DNA of 64,000 nucleotides. It comes from Podarcis cretensis (lineage: Eukaryota). Positions 1 through 11,634 of this stretch are shown one piece after another (position 1 is the first letter of the stretch; every line of letters starts with the position of its first letter). The stretch lies in contig OX638154.1 in the NCBI GenBank assembly GCA_951804945.1, positions 53,382,001 through 53,446,000 on the forward strand. The letters run 5' to 3'. A program made the translations under genes and the position numbers. A model generated the notes under the pieces. It was given only the letters and a program-made list of their open reading frames with translations. It did no database searches and was not told where the DNA came from.

Positions 1-489
1 GACAGTTTGCTAAGATAGGCCGAGTTCTGACATTCTGAAAAGAATTTGAGGGGTGGGGTGGGAATACAGAACAGGCAATATACGTTTTTCTGGGGGACTG
101 CGAAACACTTTTTGAAGATAAGTTTTCCAAAACAGCAGGGTCTGCCTGCTCCCAATGCTAAATGGAGACTGTGGCCCTCAAAAGTGAAGAGCTTCACTTT
201 ACTCAAATAGCAGCTGTTACTAGTATTTATTTCCCAGTAACAGCAATGGTCTGCGTTTAATAGAAGAGGGTAGACGGAACACTCTGGCAAAATGGCTCCA
301 TTCATGGGTCGAGGATGTACTGTCTGTATGTTGGCTGCCTGGGTGGGCCTCGGAGCTGAAGGCTATTGTAGCCGCATAATGGGCTTGATTGGTAATTGGG
401 GAGGTGAATTTGGCGTGGGGGGAAGGGACGGTGTCATCTCTGCAGCTGGGCTTTTTGTCATGCAAAGCGGGGCAGGAAGGGAAGCTTAA

Positions 490-1760
490 ATCCCGCGACT
501 TCACAGCACCTCGGAGCTGCTCTTCAATGCTCCTCTCCTCCACCCCACCCGCTTTCTCTTATCCCGGCCGGCGTGGTTCTTGCAACCGTTTCCGCCCCTT
601 CCCGGGTTTCCCCACATAAGAGTCATGAGAGCCTTAGGGAATTTGGGGAGGCGGCGAGCGGGACCGTGTGCAGTTTTTGCTGCAGGGTTAAGCTCAGTAA
701 ATTAGGCGAACACCACCGCCTGCCCTGGCGATGGCAGCTTCCTCCCCCGTCTTAGGCCTGCGCACAGCCACTTGCGAATCTGACAGGGAGGAAGAGGGGC
801 TGCTGGAGGTGCCGGCGGGCCCCCTGAGGAGAGCGACAAGAAACGGGGATTAGCCGGGGATGCCGGGGCTCCCCTGCTGGGCGAGGACGTGTAACTCCCC
901 GACACCCTGCGGCGGGGGATTAATTACAGACCACACAGCAGGCCAATGAGGGGCACCGAAAGAGAGCGCCGCCGCGCGCGGAGAGAGGGCCGCGCCCCGG
1001 GCTCCAGAGCGCGCCTGCTGGAGAGTCGCGCAGAAGGGGGGACATGCATTTCTGCCCTCCCGACACCGCCATGATGCGTGAGGGAGGGACTGCAGGTGGC
1101 TCAACATTTCGCGCCGGTCCGGGTTGGGGATGAGGCCCCAAGCCACGCGCGTCGAGTAGCAGGACGAGCGCGCGACTCGCAGGTGCAAAGGAGAGCAAGG
1201 GCTCCCGCACCTTCTTTAATAAGTCGTGCAAAAAAGAGAATTTCAGCCGTTTGCATCGCCAGCTGCTGCACCTGCTGAAATTCTCAGCTCAGCTGTGAAA
1301 GGTGTGGCGGAGCCCTGCTCTCCGTTGCACGTGGCTCGCTCTCTACCCCGTGGTTCGGCAGGGAGCGGTTACTTGACTGAACCTAAACCGCAGGTGAGGA
1401 CAACCTGCCTCCTTTCAAGGTAACCATAAGGACGGCACAGCGCCTAGCCTTTAAGCAAGCACGTGACCTCACTATGCGGTGCGAGGGGTGAGAGGCGCTG
1501 AGGCGCGAGCGGCCTCATAGGTGGAAGCAGCAGAGCGAGAAGTCGCGGCTGAGGAAGCAAGGTTGAGTCGTGGGTTGGTTAATGGGTCACTCTGGGGGTC
1601 TCTTGGGCTGGTTTTCACACAAAAGCTGCTTGAGAACAAGCGCGAGCCGACTTCTTGTGACTGATCGCATTCCCAGCAGGGGGCACTGTAGTCTAGCCCA
1701 CGTGTGAAAGACCCGAGATTGCTTTCAGCCAAGCCCAGGGCGCTTCCAGACGGATGTTTA
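490..1760. promoter_or_regulatory. CpG island / promoter of an unidentified (possibly bidirectional) transcription unit
   Basis: CpG-dense; GC box ~590-598, CCAAT 943-947, E2F site TTTCGCGC 1107-1114, CACGTG E-boxes at 1328, 1460 and 1699. Confidence 0.75.
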
Positions 1761-2271
1761 CTGTGGAATCGGTGCTGTCCCAGCATGATTCCCACCCCCC
1801 TCTCCAAAACATTGCCATCGAGATGACAGCCCGCACTTTCCCCACATTTAATGTGGCTTTTGTCTTGCAGCATAAAATCTGTTAAGGAACAAAAATGTAA
1901 CTCTTTATTAGAGTTTTGGTACAGTGAAATACTGGTGTTGTGCAAAAACTTGGCATTAAGCAACAAACAAATAAAACACCAAATAAAAATAGATGCTGCC
2001 CACCCTCCCCACTCAAAAGCAGCACCCTCCATATTGCCAGTTTTGAAGCATGATAGCCAAGGGCTGGTAACATTTGCTCTTTCACTCTTTAAAATTTCCA
2101 GTGATTTCTTCTGGAAAAGGTGCATGCACCTAGGTACAGAAATACTTGTGTGTGAACCCAAAATGGAGAACAGTAGTGGAGGGTGAATGTAGTAACTGAA
2201 GAGAGGGCCCAGAAACTCAGCATGGAAGCTTTCCATCAACGACCACCGCCTGCTGGTGTGATATGAAAAAC

Positions 2272-4307
2272 GTAAGACTGAAAAGACTTAGGGAAGTGCT
2301 GGGTGAGATCCCATGGACAGTAATACTAAAAGGAAAGGGAGTTCATGATGGCTGGGAGTTTGTTAAGAACTTTTAACTGAGTTAAGATTAAAAAAGGATG
2401 TGTACAAAAAATGGAAAAGGGAGGAAACCACCAAAGAGGAATTCAAACAAATAGCCAGCACGTGTAGACACAAAGTCAGAGAAGCTAAAGCACAGAATGA
2501 ACTCAGGCTTGCTAGAGAGGTTAAAAGCAACAAAAAAGGCTTTTATGGGTATGTTCGTAGCAAAAGGAAGAACAAAGAAACAGTGGGGTCACTCAGAGGA
2601 GAAGATGGTGAAATGCAAACAGGGGACACAGAAAGGGCTGAACTCCTCAATGCCTCAGTCTTCTCCGATAAAGAAAACAATGCCTGACCTGAAGAATTTG
2701 GAGCAAATGATTCAGCAGAGGAAACACAGCCCAGAATAACTAAGGAGATAGTACAAGAATACTTGGCTAGTTTAGATGTATTCAAGTCTCCAGGGCCGGA
2801 TGAACTGCATCCAAGAGTATTAAAAGAACTGGCAGATGTGATCTCAGAACCACTGGCAGTCATCTTTGAGAATTCCTGGAGAACAGGCGAAGTCCCGGCA
2901 GACTGGAGGAGGGCAAATGTCCCTATTTTCAAAAAGGGGAAAAGAGAGGACCCAAATAATTACCGCCCAGTCAGTCTGACATCAATACCAGGGAAGATTC
3001 TGGAGCAGAACATTAAGCAAACAGTCTGTGAGCACCTAGAAAGGAATGCTGTGATCACCAATAGTCAGCATGGATTTCTGAAAAATAAGTCATGTCAGAC
3101 TAACCTGATCTCGTTTTTTGACAGAATTACAAGCCTGGTAGATGAAGGGAACGCAGTGGATGTAGCCTACCTTGATTTCAGCAAGGCATTTGACAAGGTG
3201 CCCCATGATATTCTTGTAAAGAAGCTGGTAAAATGCAGTCTTGACTATGCTACCACTCAGTGGATTTGTAACTAGCTGACTGACCGAACCCAAAGGGTGC
3301 TCATCAATGGTTCCTCTTCATCCTGGAGAAGAGTGACTAGTGGGGTGCCACAGGGTTCTGTCTTGGGCCTGGTCTTATTCAACATCTTTATCAACGACTT
3401 GGATGATGGACTCAAGGGCATCCTGATCAAATTTACAGATGACACCAAACTGGGAGGGGTGGCTAACACCCCAGAGGACAGGATCACACTTCAAAACGAC
3501 CTTGACAGATTAGAGAACTGGGCCAAAACAAACAAGATGAATTTTAACAGGGAGAAATGTAAAGGATTGCTCTTGGGCAAAAATAATGAGAGGCACAAAT
3601 ACAAGATGGGTGACACCTGGTTTGAGAGCAGTACATGTGAAAAGGATCTAGGAGTCTTGGTTGACCACAAACTTGACATGAGCCAACAGTGTGACGCGGC
3701 AGCTAAAAAAGCCAATGCAATTCTGGGCTGCATCAATAGGAGTATAGCATCTAGATCAAGGGAAGTAATAGTGCCACTGTATTCTGCTCTTTTCAGACCT
3801 CACCTGGAGTACTGTGTCCAGTTCTGGGCACCACAGTTCAAGAAGGACACTGACAAACTGGAACGTGTCCAGAGGAGGGCAACCAAAATGGTCAAAGGCC
3901 TGAAAATGATGCCTTATGAGGAATGGCTAAGGGAGCTGGACATGTTTAGCCTGGAGAAGAGGAGGTTAAGGGGTGATATGATAGCCATGTTCAAATATAT
4001 AAAAGGATGTCACATAGAGGAGGGAGAAAGGTTGTTTTCTGCTGCTCCAGAGAAGCGGACACGGAGCAATGGTTCCAAACTTCAAGAAAGAAGATTCCAC
4101 CTAAACATTAGGAAGAACTTCCTGACAGTAAGAGCTGTTTGACAGTGGAATTTGCTGCCAAGGAGTGTGGCGGAGTCTCCTTCTTTGGAGGTCTTTAAGC
4201 AGAGGCTTGACAACCATATGTCAGGAGTGCTCTGATGGTGTTTCCTGCTTGGCAGGGGGTTGGACTCGATGACCCTTGTGGTCTCTTCCAACTCTATGAT
4301 TCTATGA
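2272..4307 (+). mobile_element. CR1 LINE, 5'-truncated, decayed ORF2 (reverse transcriptase)
   Basis: KSPGPDELHPRVLKEL, NYRPVSLTS, YLDFSKAFD, GVPQGSVLG, IKFTDDTKL; premature stops at 2685, 3273 and 4140; ORF2 end TGA 4233-4235; CR1 tail CCAACTCTATGATTCTATGA; flanking TATGAAAAA(A)C at 2262-2271 and 4303-4313. Confidence 0.95.
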
Positions 4308-4555
4308 AAAAACTGAGTGCCAATTGCACATTAATAAAAAATAGATCTGAACAACCTGACAGTGACATAAATTTGTTGTACTGAAGCACCACAGAACTTG
4401 GCCTGTGAGGCAGTTGAAAGACGTTTCTTTCTTTTGCCCCACAGGTCCTGTGTGCTTTCATTCTGTGTAGATTCAGCTTTCTTCAGGGCTGTAGAAGACT
4501 ATTTTTGCTTTGCAGCCTAAGAGTGCTGTGTAAGGGTTTTTCTTCTCATATGAAC

Positions 4556-4912
4556 TGACCCAGACCCTGCAATCATCATCTGAGGCCCTTCTTCATGTGC
4601 TTCCTGCATGAGAGATCTGAAGGGTGGCAACACGAGAATGGATGTTTTCTGTGGTGGCTCCCTGCTTGTGGAATGCTCTTCCTAGGGAGGCTCACCTGGA
4701 GCCTTCATTAAATACGGTATCTTTAGGTGCTAGGCTAAAACATTCCTCTTCTCACAGGCTAATTAAACAGTCTATGGCTTTTTAAATGGGGGGAGGTATT
4801 GTTTATGGTTTTTTTTGTTTATGTTTTTCACTGTTGTGCGTTTTTGTGCTTTTATATTGTAAGCCACCTGTGATTGTCAAATGAAGGGCAGTATGGAAAT
4901 TTAATAAATAAA
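4556..4912 (+). mobile_element. L2-type LINE 3' end fragment
   Basis: Decayed [14 protein letters not shown]-like coding end, followed by a T-rich UTR and an AATAAATAAA tail typical of squamate L2. Confidence 0.7.
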
Positions 4913-7009
4913 CACATTAATTACCATTAATTACCATCTCTAACCACTGATTTAGTAGGGTAGCTAGGCAGGAATGAGCCAGCGCCTTTAAACTCGGGCC
5001 TAGACAAACTGGAAGTAGACTATCACTAATAGCTATTACCTTATATCTTATTATAGCTATTGCTGCATGCCACAGGAACACATGCACCACCCACAAAGGC
5101 CTTCCCTGGCGCCCTTCCTTTGTTTCCTCCTCCCACTGTGATGCTTGAAGAATTGTAGCCAATAGAAGTGTGTGTGCTTGGTTGTGGCATATGCATGGTG
5201 CCCATGAGAGGTTCTCCTGTTTGTAAATGTGTCAATGGGCTGCATTTTATTTGTCCCTAAATGGCCTTTTTCCTGCCCCCTGAAATATACACAGAAATGG
5301 CTGTCAGGAAAGGAATAGGCTGTACACTGTTCATAATTAATGCACTGCCTGGGTATTTGTACTCAGGAATGTATAGCCAAAAACGAGAAGTTAAAGAGAA
5401 AATTAACCTAGATAGAGATGGTGCCAAAGAAGAGATAAGATAAACTCGGAAAGAGATGAGGGAAGAAGTTCAGGAAGACTGCAGATGGTGGTAATTATGA
5501 GTCACTTAATGAGGAGCTCAAGGCTGCTACTTGTAAATTCTATCAGGTTCTTGCAACATGCAGAATTAATGGCTATAACATAGGGGGAGAACATGATGAG
5601 GAGCATCTGCTATGTCAAGAAATGTTTGAACAAGAAGAAAAAGCAAAATCTTGTGGCAAGTATCTCATAGAAGAGTTCCAAAAGCGAAAGTAGGAGTGCA
5701 ATAGGCTTGAACAAGAAGCTTCTCCTCCCTGGGAAAAGTCGTGATATCATGCTGAGAAGCATCTTGCAGGGGGAAAGAAGAGGCAGGTAGTGGGAGCAGG
5801 GCGTTTAACGCTCAGATACAAAGTCTGGATCCATACAAACTGCTGAGTGAACTATATTTTTAATTCCCAGACCACAGTTGTTTTAAATGGGCTAGTCGAT
5901 ATGCACGCCTGTTGAGAAAGGAAGGGTTGGAGCTAGCAAGATTAAGAGTTCTCTTCCACTGATCTCCATTACCCCAATCCAGCATTCTTTCCCCTGGGAG
6001 TAACCACTGAATTTTGAACAGAAGTTGCACATTGATATATTCAAGCATCTGCCTGCCCCCCAGTGCTTTGGTTGCTCCCATAGACAATTTCTCTCTGCAA
6101 AGAAATGGCAAGATACAAAGCAATTGTGGGGACACCTAATAGGGCCATCAAGTCTGATGGACTTTTGTGAAGAGGGTGCCCCTTACTGAGTCTACAATGC
6201 TGCCTGTGTGTGTGCAAGCTCTGGTCTCGGTTTGTTTTTCTTTATTCTGCATGTTGCTCTGCTTGCGGAATCTGCTCAGCTGTGGTCCCTGTGGCTGCTG
6301 ACAAGACAACCTCCTAGCCCGCCCGCCTGCCCGCCCCCCTTTGGCTTTGCTGCACCATGCCGGCTTCCTGAACACACTGGAAAAATAAACACTGCCAGGC
6401 AGCTGCAGTACAGCCATTGCTGAGATGGGGTTGGAGGCTCAAGAAATTGATCGTGCTAGGGAGGGCAAAACAGGGCTGGGGGGTGTTGTTCCTGGGCCAG
6501 ACTCCTTTCCATACTTCTGAACTTACAGTGTCTTACTTCCAGCATAATAAGAGTTGAAAGCAGACACAGGTTGTGTCTAATTACATAGTCCCTCTCTGCA
6601 CTTTCCAGGGAAGCAAAGATAATGTTTATCCCACTGGACAATTGCTTCCCACTTCATACCCCTGTTTTCTGCTGGTTTGTGGAAACCTGTGCATATTTAT
6701 AACATTAATTGAAGTTTATAAAGAATTGAAACTAAGTTGTCACCCCCAACCAAGTTAAAAAACCCAGCTCTTACATCAGAATCGTCTCCCTCTTCTGCAG
6801 AGATTTCACGCTTTTACAGGTTGTTACTGACAACCTAGTATAACAGTCCTTTATATTACACACTATCTTTGGCCATGTCAACTTCATCTGTTGGGGATCT
6901 CCTGCTGCCTTTGGCAGGCTGGTTGCAGAAGCTGATTTTCACAAATTGTAGTTGATTACATTTTCTGCATCTGTAAATTGCACTAAGTAGAACTGTAAAT
7001 TTGCTTTTA

Positions 7010-10000
7010 AGAGATCTCTCTTTAGCTTTATTCTGTCTTCTCAGTAATATTCCCGCCTCATAAATTCAGATCGAAAGTAATTTAGTACCACCTGTGAAAA
7101 TGTCCAGAGACAACACTCAAGTCACGGCGCACAGATCTTTTCTTCCTTTTTAAAAAATGAAGCACAGTATTTGCTGAAGACTGAAAAAGTAAACTTTGGA
7201 TGGTTCCCTCTAGCTCCTGCACCAGCACTTTCCGTGCTCTATCAGGCCTTGAAAATACATTTTAAATTGTGTGAACAGGTTAATCAGAATAAAATATGCA
7301 AATTATATTAAAATGTTTCCTTCAACTAATTAATCCAAAGCTTGCACTTTCTTGGGGCAGGATTTGATATTTCTGGGAGCAGAAGAACATCCAGCTATGC
7401 ATGCATCATCATATATGTTAATTATATATAATGTGCATCCTTACTCATGCACACACAAACTCCTGTTGTTCATCAACACACACTTCTCTAAGATGGAAGT
7501 CTAGAGCAAAACAAGACACAATGTCAGAAATCTGGGATGGGATTGCATCCGCATTAAGTTTTACCAAATAACAGCCAAAAGGGAGATACAGACCAGGACA
7601 GTGGTGCTGAGGAGAAAGGTGTTTAACCCTTTCCCCCAGCTCCATTTCCCAGCTTAAAGCTTCCTCCCCCAGCTGTTATTTGTCCTGTTAACAGAAACCT
7701 ATGTGTACAGCCTGCATCAATCTAGTAGGTACACTCTTGACTACAAACACAGAGACTCCAAAGCAGGGACCAAAGAACTGCACACAGGCACCATCAGAAG
7801 ATAGGTTTATATATAATATATATTTACTTTTAAAAATAAAAACTTCCATTGCAAGGCTAGAGGTCTGTACAAACTACAAAAATAAATCTTTTTTCTTTTC
7901 ATATAAATAATTTATATGGCATGACAACATTTCAGGTTAAAAGGTCTCCAGCACACCTGCTACATACTCACATGCACACGCGCACACAGATACACACATG
8001 CATACACAATGTGTCCCCCTTTCCACCGTTTCCGTGCTTTGCTGGTCACAGACTTGTTGACGGGGGGGGGGGGGGCGCCACGGGCACGGGGGGGGGGGGA
8101 GGAGGAGAAACACAATTTCTATTGTGAGTTAGCTAGAAGCACTTAGCAGATTTTTAAGCAGTGGGTGGGTGGAAAGGAGAGCGGGAGAAGTGGGGCATAC
8201 ATGTCAAATGTTGCTAGGTTCTACCTTTGACAGTGGTTTCTGGTCTAAATAGTTTCGTGGTGAGAAAACAGGACAAATCTAAATGGTCAGAGGAATCTCT
8301 GCCACATGGCAAGTTTCTGTGTGCAGGAATTCTCTCCAGATCCTAGAAGCAGTTCTTAGTTTTAAATCAACTGAATTAATCCATTTTAATAGAAGGCCCA
8401 ATCCTATTGAAGCTGCCAAGGGGGTTCACACAACCAAAATGTGAAAATCTCAGCAGAAACTCCCTTGGCATTATGAAGTGAATAGGCAATCCGGCATACT
8501 TTGGGGGATATAATTACAGCAGTTATTGGGCGAAAGGGAGGGGGAATATAAAGTGCCTGCGGTCGAGAAGGAAGAATGTCACTGAGGAAGTGGATTCAAA
8601 GGTGAATCAGCCCTGCTCTCTCACACAAGTAAGCTATGGTGTGTCAGTCTCTGTGCCCAAAAACTACACACAATTTTATGCCCAAGTGGGTCAGAATTTC
8701 ACACAAAGCCCCCAAGGGACAACTCCATGTTGGCAAAGAACAGCTAGAAGACATCTGCACTTCTTAATTTATCTCATTCTAAAGACAAAGTTGTAAAGTG
8801 TTATTCCACTACAAATGTCAGTGCCACCGAGAAACTGGCAAACTACTTGTGTATATAATTGCAGTGCAGAAAGATGTTGAGCAACTTCTGCAGTTGGAGG
8901 GGTCTCTTCCTGAAGCCCAAAATCTCCAGACCTGCAATCGGGAGTACCTAAAGTTATTTCACTGTCTTAGGTGAAAAATACATTTGGTCCCAAACCTTGC
9001 ATCTTGTTGAAAGAAATGTGTGTGTGCTGAAAACTGTGGCACATCCATTAGGTTCCAAAATCACTCAAGAATCCTAACAAACAGAATATTTTTTCCCAGC
9101 TGCCATCTTTTTCCTTTAGAGTAGGTGGGTAAGAAAGAAATAAAATAACTTTTTTTATATATATAAAAAAGCATTGTGTTTCAGGATTTAGGTTGTGAGC
9201 TGTTGTTTTGTGATTGATGCACAGGGCAGAGCTGGCCAGAAAACAGCACTCTGAATTTTGTGCAAAATTCTGATTTGTGTCCTGAACCAGAATGGAAAAA
9301 CTGAAACATTTCATAAAGCAATTTTGACTTAGCTATGTGGAAACCAAGCATGTCAGATGGAAATGGAACTGGTCCTTGAGAACCAATCCTGCTGCCAAGC
9401 GACAGTTCATTTCTTGTTTTTCAGCCAAAGAAGCTGAACCGGAAAGAGATCATTCAGAAACAGAAAAAGCAACCACAGCACTCATACTTTTGGGCAGGAA
9501 ATGGAATGTTTTGCCCAACTCGTCTCTCCCGTTGAACATTTTCTGCTCTGATTACTACATAGGGATGTTTTTAGATGGGAGAGAATCAAAGGATAATTTT
9601 ACACATGATTTTTTTTCCTACACAGAAATATTTGTGAAGAGATGGGGGAAAGTTCTGTACACCATCAGTTGTGAAGGTGCAGCACGAATGTTTGTGCTGA
9701 AAGTATGCAGGTCAGGAAGCTAATAATCTCAGTATAGGAAAAACATGTGTTGAAAAACTCAAAACGGTACATTGTCCTTAACAAGGGCAATGAATGGCTG
9801 AATTTACCAGAAGGTCGCTCAGCTTTCTTATTAAAGTAAGCTTAAATTTCCATTTGAAACACTTCCTTCGTAAACCAACATAGTACACATACATTTTTGT
9901 ACTCAGGCAGCAGTCTCAGACTACAAACTCACTTGTGAGAAGTACCTCTTAAAACATGGAAGCAGAAAAAACATAAACCCATATAAACTGCTCTTCCAGA

Positions 10001-11220
10001 AAGCCCTGCTCTGATCTCCATCTGTGTGGGGTAAATGTCCTGCAGGGCCCAAAAACCTGCCCTGAATGATTCTCATCTTCTGTTTGTCACAAATTATTCC
10101 TCAATGATATTCTTGGGAAATGATGAAGCCTTAAAATGTAAATTCTAAAAGGAAGTACTTATGGGACACTTGTGTGATGGGCTACCTTGGACTGATAAAG
10201 AAGCATGCAAGCAAAAAGAATAGGGCAGAAAGGTTTTTGTAGTGTCGGATAGGACAGGGAGGAATTTAACAGGATTTGGAACGGCCAGATGGCAAATGCT
10301 GGCATAGGCAGACATGCCGGTGGAAGCAGGAGCAGAGTGCAGCCCATCCCACACAGCTTGCATAGAAGGCGCTAAGACACATTGTGCCCCCCCATTGCAT
10401 GCTCCCTCCACTCCACACGCCCAGGGGGTCCTCTCTCCATTACCACCTCACCCTGGTGTTTCCCCTTAAAGGGATACGCCACTTTTTTTTTTTTTAATGA
10501 GGGAGCTGTAAAAATAATAAAAAATAATTATTATAATTATAAGGGGGAGGGTTCGTGACTCTTTTTTATACAGCTTAAAATAATAATATTAATATTAATA
10601 AAAATAAAAGAATAGCAGCACAATGCGGGAGGAGTTTCCCCACGCACAAGTTGAGTCCTGTTCTCTCCATGGGAGGGTCAGTGTTTGGGCAATTCTCTCG
10701 CCCTGCCCCGATGACAGCCATGAGATGGTTCACACAGCATATGGGGAATTGTCACTTTCATTTTCCAGGTTCGATGGGATGGGAACTTTCCCTGTCTGCA
10801 GGTGAGTGGGCACAATGTTATCTGGGCTATCACAGTCCAATGTAAGGATGCAAACTAGGGATGTTTTGAAGCCAGAAGTCCTGGTAACCAAGAAACCCAG
10901 CATGTTTTTGGTGGCAGATAACACCTAGAGAAACAAGGCATGGGAAAGTGGAGTACCAGGTGCTGAGAGATTCTCCCATCAACCTTTTCACGGCAGTAGC
11001 TCATCTGGCCTTCTTGCTCCAGTTCCCAAAGGCACTGTCTATGTCTACAGTTGTTTAAACACAGTGCAAGAGCTTCCAGGTATCCATCCTGCTTCACAGT
11101 CCGCGGTGTGTGTATGTGTGAACAATCTGGGCCCCTGACCCCACCAGGGATACTGTGCACATCCCATCCCTGAGGCAGGAGTTCTAGACCCAAGGTCTTG
11201 GGCCTGGCAAAAGTGAAATG
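7010..11220 (-). other. PTCH2: Probable long PTCH2 3'UTR with candidate distal polyA signal AATAAA (7032-7027)
   Basis: Repeat-poor, with U/AU-rich blocks on the minus strand (10480-10620, 7800-7920). Nearest canonical minus-strand AATAAA I found is at 7027-7032; ATTAAA variants at 8385-8390 and ~10493. The end is inferred. Confidence 0.45.
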
Positions 11221-11634
11221 CTAGTGCCTCTGGTCTAGGCTCTGCAGTTCCAAGCTGTTGGATGCGTCTTTACAAGGCTCCTCAGGTCCATCAGATTCAA
11301 AGCCCTCGTGTGTGTAGCCCCGGCATGAGCCAGGCAGGGGTGGGTGCAAGGCCAGCATCACTGAGGCAGTGGCTGTAACTGTGGTGAAGGTGCCACCCGA
11401 TGCAGGAGGCGGCACTTTGGTGCTGTGGGCAGTAGGGTCGGTCCGAGGGGGGTTGGGGGCAGTCTGAGCCAGCCGAGGTCTTTGTTTGTGGTTTGGCTGC
11501 TCTTGCTGCTGTGAAGCGTCTTTGACTTCTGTGACAGTGGGTGGCAAATGTCCTCCAGGGGTCACAGTTTGGGTCCAGTCTGGGCTGCACAACGACAGAG
11601 GCGATTCTAGGCTGGTCTTGTAGCTTTTCACCAC
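11221..11634 (-). CDS. PTCH2: PTCH2 exon 23, last coding exon (VVKSYK...[12 protein letters not shown]...ELQSLDQRH*)
   Basis: Acceptor TTCCTGGGCAG|; [12 protein letters not shown] motif; stop TAG 11223-11221. Confidence 0.88.
   Translation of the reverse strand: MVKSYKTSLESPLSLCSPDWTQTVTPGGHLPPTVTEVKDASQQQEQPNHKQRPRLAQTAPNPPRTDPTAHSTKVPPPASGGTFTTVTATASVMLALHPPLPGSCRGYTHEGFESDGPEEPCKDASNSLELQSLDQRH

Noticed and set aside
1472-2239. 255-aa minus-strand ORF
   Set aside because: No recognisable domain, mixed composition spanning the CpG-island edge, no supporting splice structure; likely chance.
10613-10635. TAGCAGCACAAT on + as a miR-15-family gene
   Set aside because: No flanking complementary arm to form a pre-miRNA hairpin; better read as a target site on the minus strand.
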